32,000 nucleotides of DNA, from positions 480,001-512,000 of the forward strand of contig CAZIYE010000001.1 in NCBI GenBank assembly GCA_964543385.1. The letters run 5' to 3'. Made by a program: the position numbers and the translations under genes. This document shows, piece by piece, positions 16,101-23,010 of this stretch (positions within the stretch are counted from its first letter, which is position 1; every line of letters starts with the position of its first letter). Origin of the DNA: an uncultured Candidatus Saccharibacteria bacterium. GTDB taxonomy: Bacteria > Patescibacteriota > UBA1384 > XYA2-FULL-43-10 > 1-14-0-10-43-13. The notes under the pieces are model-generated. The model was given only the letters and a program-made list of their open reading frames with translations, was not told where the DNA came from and made no database searches.

Positions 16101-18608
16101 CACATTTTGGTCAGAGTATACTAGTGAATACTCAACTTTTTGTGTTATTGGAATAGCTGGTAGAGCGTTAGAAATCTTAGAACTGCCTTGAAAAATAATT
16201 TGTCCCTCTGGTGTAATTTCATAGTCTAGAGTTTTGTTTAGCTTTGGGGCACTACATTCGTTGCTTGATTTTTGAATGTTTCCACGAAGCCACTGTCGGA
16301 AAATAAATCTGCCAAATTCATCTGGATTAATATCTTGTGTTACGCCCCCTTCGATAACTCGGATTTTTTTATAACTCTGGTCTGAGCTTCCCTTTGGTGC
16401 TACGCTATCATCTGCTAGGAGCCGTGCCAGAGTGTAGATGCCGATAGTTGATAGGCTCTCATGATCACCACTTAGCGCTCCCTCCCAAGTGTCTCTAATA
16501 TCCGGTTGTTTCTCTGTTGGGCCTGGTAATTGATAAGCACCATTATTCATTGAAAAATATTTTAAACCATAGAGTGTGTCATCAAGTCTCTTCTTGCCTA
16601 CCATCGCAGCAAAATCTGCAGAATTGATTCTTTCTAGAATAAAATTATTTGCCGTGCCTGCACCAAGATTTAGGTCATTATCAATCAATCCAGGATTGTT
16701 TTTAATCAAAGTCGACCTCAATGAGCCGATTTTATCCGAGAGGTTGCCGAAGGTTACTGCTTCTTTCGGCCAAGAGTTGCCTGCTAGATTCAAATCTTTT
16801 TCGATAACTTTTGCGCCTACATAGTTAGCGAAAACATCATTTTTTGAAGTAACAAAGGCATCTAAATCACCAGCGTTCAGATTCATCTCATGTTCTAACT
16901 TTCTCTGGCCAATCTTGATGAGAGTTGATGGCAGGTCACTACCTGATAGCGAGCCAAAAGGTATTCCTAGCTTCTTCTCAATTGCTGATCGGCCGATAGT
17001 GTATTTTATTTTCTCAATGTCTGAAAGATTCTGACCAATAAATATTTCTCTTGGCAACCCTAAATAATCAGCAACATAAGTACTTCCTAGCTTCTTGAGG
17101 GTATCTTCTACATTAAATCCGGCAAAGTTCAGACTCTTCGATTCTAAGACATTACCTAACAGGGATTTTCCTAATATCTGAATTATATCTTCAAAATTAG
17201 CCTTGCTGAGATCTCCTTCATAAGAAGAGATGTCGCTATTCAAGTTGCCCAGCAAACCATTGACTGATTCGGAGGCAGCCGATTTTAGAAGACTCATCAT
17301 ATCAAATGGATCTCTCTCTCCGGATGCATTCCAGCCGTCGGTAGTTTGCCAAGCTAATTTAATTGGTTGTATCGGTTGTTTATATTTCTTTGTGCCTCCA
17401 GTGTTCTTTTTAACAACCTTCGTACACCTGATATCATCGATCTCTGATATATCTATAGCTTGCCCTTCAGCATGAGAGGACAGATTGCGTTCCTCTACAA
17501 AAGAGTCCTCCTTTTCGGTAAGGCTAGTTAGGTAGGCCTCATATTGAGCACCATTCTTATCTTCAATTTCAAGATCTGGGGTCGTTCCTTTTTGTTTGCC
17601 ACAGTCAGCGGCAGTCATTTCATCGCTACAACCTTTAGACACAGACTTTTGGCTATTAGCCAGAGTTTGTACCACAGAATCAGATTCTGTTGATTTATCC
17701 TGCCTTTGCAGAATGCGATTAACTCTTATTCTCCAGTGGCCAGCCCCACCCTGATTTTTTGGAGTAATTAGGTAGACCAAGGTTTTAAGAACCCTTACAT
17801 CAATATTCAGCGAGTCTATAGATTCTTTTAGTTTTTCTGCTAAATATGGCTTATCGTGGTTAACATAATTAATAATTCTTTCGCGCCCGATTCCTGTCAC
17901 ACAAACCAAAGTGTCTAAATCAACAGAAGGAACTTTTCCTTTTTTTAAATTATCTTCTTCATCTGCCCAAATATCTCTTATTTTATTTTCGCCAACATTC
18001 TTTCTTGCAGCTTCGGCAAGACGATTAAAAAGTTGCAGATTGTCGAATCTCTCAGTAGAGGTTAGGTTATCTCTTCCGATCTTCAAATATTTTAAATATT
18101 CAATTGGCGTCTTGAAATCTTTGTTAGATTGCAAATTTTTATCTACGATCTCTGTTTGATCCTTAGGCAAGTTTTTATATAGGGCATCAAAATCTTCATC
18201 AAAATTTGGGAGTATATTGGAAAGACAGGAAAGTGATTTCAAGGCCGCTAAATCACTTTGTTTCATAATTATTTTCTGTTCTGATGAATTTGTTAACAGA
18301 TCATCAAAAGTAATAAGGCTATCTTGATCGGAGAACTGAGCCATTGTTTCTAATAATTTCTTATATGCCAAAGAGTCGCTCAGTGTTTTTTTTACCTTAC
18401 ACTGCTGGTTATCTTTAGTTGGTATATAAGAATACTTTTTCTGATCAGCAACTTTTATTAGCAAAGGAATCTCTGGATCATAATCAATCTCTCCATCGTT
18501 GTCATCGGCTGCTTTTGCATTCAAGGCAAAAGCATATCCTGTGGATCCAAATGCGATTGATATTATCAATAAGTAAATAACAGTCTGTTTTAAAATATAT
18601 TTCAACAT
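10188..18608 (-). CDS. Giant secreted repeat protein (~2806 aa) of the T4SS-like cluster; most likely ATG at 18608 rather than 18641
   Basis: One long ORF; signal peptide MLKYILKQTVIYLLIISIAFGSTGYAFALNAKA; TAATG stop-start overlap with the upstream gene; many degenerate repeats; C-terminal hydrophobic segments and a Cys-rich tail. Confidence 0.85.
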   Translation of the reverse strand: MLKYILKQTVIYLLIISIAFGSTGYAFALNAKAADDNDGEIDYDPEIPLLIKVADQKKYSYIPTKDNQQCKVKKTLSDSLAYKKLLETMAQFSDQDSLITFDDLLTNSSEQKIIMKQSDLAALKSLSCLSNILPNFDEDFDALYKNLPKDQTEIVDKNLQSNKDFKTPIEYLKYLKIGRDNLTSTERFDNLQLFNRLAEAARKNVGENKIRDIWADEEDNLKKGKVPSVDLDTLVCVTGIGRERIINYVNHDKPYLAEKLKESIDSLNIDVRVLKTLVYLITPKNQGGAGHWRIRVNRILQRQDKSTESDSVVQTLANSQKSVSKGCSDEMTAADCGKQKGTTPDLEIEDKNGAQYEAYLTSLTEKEDSFVEERNLSSHAEGQAIDISEIDDIRCTKVVKKNTGGTKKYKQPIQPIKLAWQTTDGWNASGERDPFDMMSLLKSAASESVNGLLGNLNSDISSYEGDLSKANFEDIIQILGKSLLGNVLESKSLNFAGFNVEDTLKKLGSTYVADYLGLPREIFIGQNLSDIEKIKYTIGRSAIEKKLGIPFGSLSGSDLPSTLIKIGQRKLEHEMNLNAGDLDAFVTSKNDVFANYVGAKVIEKDLNLAGNSWPKEAVTFGNLSDKIGSLRSTLIKNNPGLIDNDLNLGAGTANNFILERINSADFAAMVGKKRLDDTLYGLKYFSMNNGAYQLPGPTEKQPDIRDTWEGALSGDHESLSTIGIYTLARLLADDSVAPKGSSDQSYKKIRVIEGGVTQDINPDEFGRFIFRQWLRGNIQKSSNECSAPKLNKTLDYEITPEGQIIFQGSSKISNALPAIPITQKVEYSLVYSDQNVETRTDDFIVTEEKSMLAGLEKLDLQRIFGCSTANNSPVFKRIGSQILYTGVANKLINKEDKTKIDLLNTNPELRISNSTIAFYTSRLNQAQKLLADIKGDWKIFASKDSGFENTYTEINDLISNLKNVFESSDANTIKIQNTWEKMSSATSQIDSIVTQLDSIKNFTTAKAEANNKIDELNSIIFNANELLRISSEIISGREIPTSDSLKLSQINSMDLTSNDSGGGNNNISPFKASSLIFGFLAGNVSPTDLFISFGANMAESKLGLPSNSLLYLVENFEKKGMGGSDAFFKSIGQAKIEEVFSMPPFYFQEKNSVSTMADFATNASELLKYADKTKIDEAVNSYLASKLNKAKSPLGELPTDITGINSSNKLLNVLSQMQAENWPDYDLLVASARDNWKQKQDKIIEQFGSKTNANSFNTDSIVQNIKDRGFNDALKSAESDLMMRLGLGSGNYEALKSGGVLAWQKALSEALSIDNLLGLEDGDTKSLFTKDKNLYSVNLSSDEQNLLENNLKISKNVLDIYTKLVSGKILPSELDQYNDDVLNPDYVFVNPYADTASDSNQCPVSYTKQDGFSINETSLENNSFCYYDKKGRHCFKSPEEAQRYSLINKDQRYGNILEELAQRLADSASDKSQISDIRNNLLSFITDKNVQYAFGNNKEKTQQLIDAIGNKNNIDKKILSKLFIKDSTNLPVPNYKLLVGRAVAEKVINYKIFDASGLNIDPSLFGPDDLYNVLGGDFTSLYRISTNYIDQELNLKPGTVLSVFNAKDQISRNCTLNQVGGSILGSLIGLDYFPLKGEKISDFVSNFGQSKVEQSLNLPRGTFFGATFGEAFDRSRAINIALSFNIPLSDDNGEEIFDEKSLVDIFGDSYAKKIKNTGAEYKARQIQNHLRGSLVINGPALTAINNIDQKIKDRLKSALAVAGKSQQNNSGNIEFYQQLNYLDKQFGISSNSTYDLLAGLNSMTPDKYNQLVGEQTGLKLVGSKIGESLGLDQNQSETALTLVKNLNNIFKCQGKIIETDGQKVCRTGSATDEWYGKWDKLYDHLNQIFTFQLDERANLPEGTFQRIIADPMNSGTILMEIGAQKIDYQFGLDSSKAASFTGLYSRVVHVSFGPTGQTKDCLNEASSDPTVSPLDTSLHNAEAKLAELEKQKPVSKNGQKTDDYINSSEYKKWQEDLKVALTEVQQARTTLSKEINDRYNICKAAISQNPSGNVDGSFKEDIVAWGKEVLSDKIHDFIYNVKANYNNKEIRVGVDMPLEDIANLVSGDMKYFQIAAISLGVNYVMAPIDNIRKSHCSANGDDECKTAIPQEMRIAYDDIKTSIIGAPDVEAYQRAAWVDVNGIYSNPETRKVCNGDNCPKTGSGNFGDALIDSLGKNYTETSTSTSVTNQVDEQYNYSPENLQSKIDELNTSIVSNNAAAPAACQKSTNQASGDQYNKCVSEYNKNNGDPEGRLDRLSNPESYYQPSGANFTPKNGELLTTVQKSIRKASLDNLQFKMLDIALWKLDENSYPGMARDLLQGNAEIKAAALARYIKTGLTNGHLLGKNFEAIKNVDEWIQVAKFAKDFVAGDKDAFTTFASGNGFDFFSNFLSDNSEEWFGFPISGDLAKGLLVGVGTGDWGLKSITLDNIVKGDSTTHNTIVADGSTMSLPTVGGVLTTVITTKLFTWADKTLGLKAGQSLEIFKLGYDLYKSWKIYEEISRVKDIAQLSSNAKEFMELNKISDLAEAKDAAKQAFTAAETLVVYKIVSIAVEKLLDKQIAGVEDSLGMIPGTLTPLITVAVYNLVVAPLLGLGPVGWTAAVVIALAGYLLGQKIYYYCTADGYYPKIEAPQPKINDTTGMGVWGGQIKQNNNINELLKKKMVEASQNKARKLIENMMRIQNYEKYNTTDNEPIYPIQIMTGRKEDVDYFDQAGMITVNMCQPRLGNDSISCGGICGSKKGNGCESDTRMGIWQNPQTVAWTHIGF
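12785..17100 (-). repeat. Dispersed degenerate protein repeat G-x3-[IAV]-[ED]-x2-[LF] within the giant protein
   Basis: IGRSAIEKKLGIPFGSL, IGQRKLEHEMNLNAGDL, VGAKVIEKDLNLAG, FGANMAESKLGLPSNSL, IGQAKIEEVFSMPPFYF, VGRAVAEKVINYKIFDASG, FGQSKVEQSLNLPRGTFF, IGAQKIDYQFGLDSSKA and others. Confidence 0.8.
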
Positions 18609-20332
18609 TATTGTCCAAGAACTTTCTTCATATTGTTCCACAAATATTCGCCCCAGGATTTTCCTTCAGTCTGCTCATATTCAATCTTATCGAGAAGTGT
18701 TGTGGTGACGGGGACACCACAATAACTAAGCTCGAGATGCAATTGAGAATAGTCTGATATTGTAGCCACCTTACCTATAGTCTTGTCCCGAGTGACGCCG
18801 GTGCCTTCTCCGACATTCTTATCCAAGTCAACATGGGCGTATAGAATTTCATAATCACCATTTTTAATAACAATCTTCTTATGACCTGTTCCATCGTCTG
18901 AAATATTAGTGACCTGGCCGTCGAACATTGGGTAGACCAAAGTATCCTTATTAGTATAGAGGTCAACTGCATCAGCTTTACCCTGACCATAGTACATGTA
19001 TGTACTATGTCCGCTTTCATTGCTAGGCATTTCTTTTCGTAAGGGAGTGCCATAATGGAGCTCCCAATTAAACCCAGATATATTTTCTAATGGAAGTCTG
19101 GTCTTTGCTTGCATAATAGGAGATTGCTGGTCAGCTGATTCCAAAATAGATTTTACTGAAGTTATAATCTCTCGTCCAAGAACAGGGTCGTTATTTACTA
19201 AATACTGGTCGATTTTGGATGAAGTATCAGCTATTTTGTTTTTAGTTTCTTGATTTGATGATGATACATCTGTTCCGGTGGATGCTTCCAATTGCGATAG
19301 TTGCTTTTGAATATCGGAAAATGTTTGGTTATTTAATTTAGCTTTTGCCTCTTTATCACCTGATGCCATAATTGTTTTCTGAATCGCAGCGGAATCTGTA
19401 ACAGGATCCGCAGGCTTATTAAATGTTGATCCTGCTTTTCCAGTCCCAGCATCTCCTATAATGGCAGACATAATTGCAATGCCCGCTACAATGATGACAA
19501 TTGCCAAAATAATCCACGGTAAATATGGCAAGATTGCTTTCCATAGGGCAGCTAGGGCTTCTTTGGAAAACTTTTTCTTTAATTTATCAATTATCTTTTT
19601 ACGTGCTTCCTTATTTAACCAATCCAGCCAAGAAGACTTCTGCTGGTTTTGTGCTTGATCATCTTGGGATTTTTTTTGCTCAGCTGCGTCAGAATCAGCT
19701 TTCTCTTGGTCTAATCTTTCTTGATCAGGATTATTTCCATCGTTTTCCTCATTACCATCACTCTCTTCCGATTGTCGTGCTCCCATAACCTGGATCGTCA
19801 TGGAGCCAGGAGTACCGCTCTTGCTACCAATGGCAGTAATATATAAAACTCCATTCTCACACTCGGGGCTAGTTTTGATAATAAATGACTTACTTGAACC
19901 ATCCTCAGTCTGGTCACTCACTCCATGGAATACCCCGCTCACCCCACCTTCGGCTTCCCAGAAATATCCTTCATCCTCGGTAAAATCTATAGTTCCGCCT
20001 GACAAAGTAACACTCTGATTCGGGCCGACCGACGATGGACCGTCAATAATAACTACTGGTTGGATAGGAGATACAAGGGCTCCTCTCGTTACTGCAGGCG
20101 ATCCGCTTACGGCTTTTTGGCGCGCCTCACGAAGTTTTGAATTGAAGAGGTTTAGCAATTCTTGTGCCTTCTTCTTGTTTTTTATTTTTTTTAGCTGCTC
20201 ACTAAAATAGCGGCTGGCTTGTGCACTATTCCATGCGCCGCTTTTTACTTTATTTATATAAGAAGGTATTGATCTTTCTACAAACCTAATGAATTTTGCT
20301 TCTTTGTCGTCCACAAACCCCTCCATTATCAC
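18608..20332 (-). CDS. Membrane protein with an Ig-like domain and a C-terminal LytM/M23-like domain (probably degenerate)
   Basis: Ig-like PVVIIDGPSSVGPNQSVTLSGG...; TM LLPWIILAIVIIVAGIAIMSAIIG; LytM-like DLYTNKDTLVYPMFDGQVTNIS...YEILYAHVDL...DYSQLHLEL. Confidence 0.75.
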   Translation of the reverse strand: MIMEGFVDDKEAKFIRFVERSIPSYINKVKSGAWNSAQASRYFSEQLKKIKNKKKAQELLNLFNSKLREARQKAVSGSPAVTRGALVSPIQPVVIIDGPSSVGPNQSVTLSGGTIDFTEDEGYFWEAEGGVSGVFHGVSDQTEDGSSKSFIIKTSPECENGVLYITAIGSKSGTPGSMTIQVMGARQSEESDGNEENDGNNPDQERLDQEKADSDAAEQKKSQDDQAQNQQKSSWLDWLNKEARKKIIDKLKKKFSKEALAALWKAILPYLPWIILAIVIIVAGIAIMSAIIGDAGTGKAGSTFNKPADPVTDSAAIQKTIMASGDKEAKAKLNNQTFSDIQKQLSQLEASTGTDVSSSNQETKNKIADTSSKIDQYLVNNDPVLGREIITSVKSILESADQQSPIMQAKTRLPLENISGFNWELHYGTPLRKEMPSNESGHSTYMYYGQGKADAVDLYTNKDTLVYPMFDGQVTNISDDGTGHKKIVIKNGDYEILYAHVDLDKNVGEGTGVTRDKTIGKVATISDYSQLHLELSYCGVPVTTTLLDKIEYEQTEGKSWGEYLWNNMKKVLGQ

Positions 20333-20425
20333 ACCTAAACTTTGTCTATACCGCCAAAAGACCGGTCATCATATGTCTAACTGGGATTCAAGCACTTTCT
20401 AAATTATAATAACAGTATTATGCTG

Positions 20426-21688
20426 CTATTCGACATTTAATGCTCTGATCGCCTCATTATCTTGGTAAATAATGATGTTGTTATCATCGGTCAGCACTAG
20501 ATTGTGAATAAAAGTATCCCCAAGATTCTTGATAACAAAACCATTCTGCTGTCTTTTTTTTGTGTCATATTTGAATATTGATTCCTCTTTTGTATCGGGG
20601 TCATAAGTAGCCACAATAATATTTTCAGAATCCTTGCTCCAAGTAGTCTTTTTCAGTTCGGCTCTGATGTCCAGCGATTTTTTATTAGTGCCATCTTTAT
20701 CCATAATAGAAAGGATTGATTCTACTGGCCCTTCTTGGCTTTTAGAATATGTTGAATAGAGTATTTTATTGCCATCAGGGGAGAAATTAGCATCAAGCTG
20801 GTTTCCTATGTCGGCAATCTCTGATATTTTTCGTGAATAGGAATTAAATAAATAAATCTTATTCTTTTCGGTATCCTCATTGCGGGGAATTATTAAAAGC
20901 CATTCGGAGTCAGGAGACCAACGTAAAAGGGGATTATCAATTCCATAATCATTAAAATTGAGCACTCGCGTAATTTCTTTATTTGCTGCGCCAGTAAAGA
21001 TTAATGACTTCTCGCCATCTTCCGGTGCATAGTAGTATGCGATCTTAGAATTGTCTGGAGCCCAAGCGATGCTACCAATATTATTACCCCACGAATCTTC
21101 ATTTTGATTGATAAAGTCATATTTTTTCAAATCAAAAAAGGAAATGATTTCAGGCTTACGTAGCAAAGCTAGATCTTTTGTTGGAGACCAGATAATTTCA
21201 TCTATGTCTGATATTACAGGATTTGTAACGGCTCTTTCTTCGGCCAACTTTACTCTTTGTCCGACATCTGTTTTTGTGCGTACCCTATATATTGTTGTCC
21301 CATTTTGGTAATAAATATCATTAAAATCATTACCCTTATTTAAAAACTTTCCGCCGATAGAAATAGTCAGAGGATCGGGGGTTCTATCTAGGCTGATAGT
21401 AATTTTCTTAGGCATACCCCTTTTAAAATTCATTTCCTGATTTATGCCGATATATCCTCTTGCTTCAATTCTGATCATATGTAGGCCTGGAGAGATAAAA
21501 CGACGTATTAGACCAGAGTCGGGAACAGCAAAAGGCTTGCCGTCGATTGAAAATGAAGAATTAGTGGGCTCTAGCTGAATATTCATAAATGAATGAGTAA
21601 TAAACCATAGGAGCACAATCAAAGCCAGAGTAATTGCTGATATTACTAGAAATATTGAACGTGTTAATTTTTTAATTTCTTTATGCAT
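20426..21688 (-). CDS. Membrane-anchored PEGA-like domain + TolB/WD40-like beta-propeller protein
   Basis: N-terminal TM; FSIDGKPFAVPDSGLIRRFISPGLHMIRIEARGY; repeated propeller motifs WAPDNSKIAYY, WSPDSEWLLII, FSPDGNKILYS, WSKDSENIIVA. Confidence 0.75.
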   Translation of the reverse strand: MHKEIKKLTRSIFLVISAITLALIVLLWFITHSFMNIQLEPTNSSFSIDGKPFAVPDSGLIRRFISPGLHMIRIEARGYIGINQEMNFKRGMPKKITISLDRTPDPLTISIGGKFLNKGNDFNDIYYQNGTTIYRVRTKTDVGQRVKLAEERAVTNPVISDIDEIIWSPTKDLALLRKPEIISFFDLKKYDFINQNEDSWGNNIGSIAWAPDNSKIAYYYAPEDGEKSLIFTGAANKEITRVLNFNDYGIDNPLLRWSPDSEWLLIIPRNEDTEKNKIYLFNSYSRKISEIADIGNQLDANFSPDGNKILYSTYSKSQEGPVESILSIMDKDGTNKKSLDIRAELKKTTWSKDSENIIVATYDPDTKEESIFKYDTKKRQQNGFVIKNLGDTFIHNLVLTDDNNIIIYQDNEAIRALNVE

Positions 21689-21728
21689 TTTTATCTATTT
21701 TTATTTTATAATAAATTGAATATTTTTG

Positions 21729-23009
21729 TTAGTATTGCTCAATTCTTAAGTGAAAGTGGGCCTTGTGCTTATCCCATGCTACCATGCGCCCTGGCTTTTT
21801 ATTTTCTATAGCATAGCTATTTACTGCCGCTATAACCTCTGAGTCTTCGTAACCAATCCTTGTGGCGCCACAATTGATCAGAAGTTTACCCAGGTCTATC
21901 ATCATTTGTCTATTTGCAGCATCATAATTATTATTAGCTATAGCTGGTCTCTCCCTAACATTCATCATGTGGCCAGGTAGTAATATATCAGCGTCGATTC
22001 CTTTGGCGTGGGAGGCATGACCGTCAGCCTTTTTGCATTGCCCGCTCAATTCACCGATAACAAGTTTTGGTCTGCCGGCTTCAGCCCACTGTTTGCTAAC
22101 AGATACAAGAATATTAATTAATGACGGCTTGCCCCAATGTTCTTCTTTATCGCCGCTCTTTGTGTAATACTTTTCAAGTGCTGGAACTTCTACCCAACCG
22201 CAGGATGAGCCCTTATAACCAAGGTTAAGGTTTGTTTTGCAAAGAAGAGAATTTGGAATGAGTTTAGTAGTTACCGATGCAAGTGAGAGACAGCCATTAT
22301 TAAGTCCTTGAAAATTTTTCCATGTGCGCAATGCATATCCTGGTCCATTTGGGTTTGGGTAAGGTGCTCCCCAATTCCACCCAGGGTTTTTCGTATTCTC
22401 TGGTGCCCTATCTAGAGGAAAACCCATTTTTTTCCACTCCCTTAATCTGGCGGGGCCTCTGTTATAAAGCATTCCCGCAGCCTTCACAGTTTTTTCGTCA
22501 GCCCCGTCTGCTTTCAAACCATTATCTTCGAGATGGTATTTTATATATGCAGCTGCGGCTAATGCAGAATCAGCGAAATCGTCTGGATTACCTGTGGGCT
22601 TATCTGAATATTTTTTATAAATATTACCGGCCCACTTACCGTCAAAATCCTCAATCTGAAAAGGTCCCTTTGCATTTCCGCCTCGTGCCCAAATTCCATT
22701 AGCACCAGCAGAAGCCTTAATAGAATCACCGTGCTCTGCCATGAATATAGCTCCAAGCAAGGCAGGTTGTATCCCAACCTTGTTAGCAGCTTCCTCAATG
22801 GCCGATTGATACCCGCTAGGAGCTGCATCCCAGGACGTACAGCGTATATTGCCAAATAAATTAACAGGGTTTACGGTTTCCTTTATTCTTCCGCTCCACA
22901 GAGATGTTCCAGCTGCAGTAAAAGCGAGTGAAAGTACTGCGGCCAAACCTAAAACAGCCAGTATTATACCGGCCTGAGTAAAACCCTTGCTGTTTCTGTG
23001 AAACATCAC
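21729..23009 (-). CDS. Probable bifunctional peptidoglycan hydrolase: transglycosylase-like (VirB1-like) domain + MepA/M74-like endopeptidase domain
   Basis: N-terminal TM; VGIQPALLGAIFMAEHGDS...GANGIWARGGNAKGPFQI...LYNRGP; C-terminal DGHASHAKGIDADILLPGHM and WDKHKAHFHLRIEQY. Confidence 0.7.
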   Translation of the reverse strand: MMFHRNSKGFTQAGIILAVLGLAAVLSLAFTAAGTSLWSGRIKETVNPVNLFGNIRCTSWDAAPSGYQSAIEEAANKVGIQPALLGAIFMAEHGDSIKASAGANGIWARGGNAKGPFQIEDFDGKWAGNIYKKYSDKPTGNPDDFADSALAAAAYIKYHLEDNGLKADGADEKTVKAAGMLYNRGPARLREWKKMGFPLDRAPENTKNPGWNWGAPYPNPNGPGYALRTWKNFQGLNNGCLSLASVTTKLIPNSLLCKTNLNLGYKGSSCGWVEVPALEKYYTKSGDKEEHWGKPSLINILVSVSKQWAEAGRPKLVIGELSGQCKKADGHASHAKGIDADILLPGHMMNVRERPAIANNNYDAANRQMMIDLGKLLINCGATRIGYEDSEVIAAVNSYAIENKKPGRMVAWDKHKAHFHLRIEQY

Positions 23010-23010
23010 A

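Noticed and set aside
17445-17485. Annotating the giant protein as an M15 peptidase
   Set aside because: Only the SHxxGxxxD half-motif is present; the second metal-binding/catalytic motif was not found, so it is reported only as a hypothesis.
10539-18159. Many plus-strand ORFs of 60-120 aa opposite the giant gene
   Set aside because: They are shadow ORFs with low-complexity Ser/Leu/Phe-rich translations, no RBS pattern, and a strong continuous coding ORF on the other strand.
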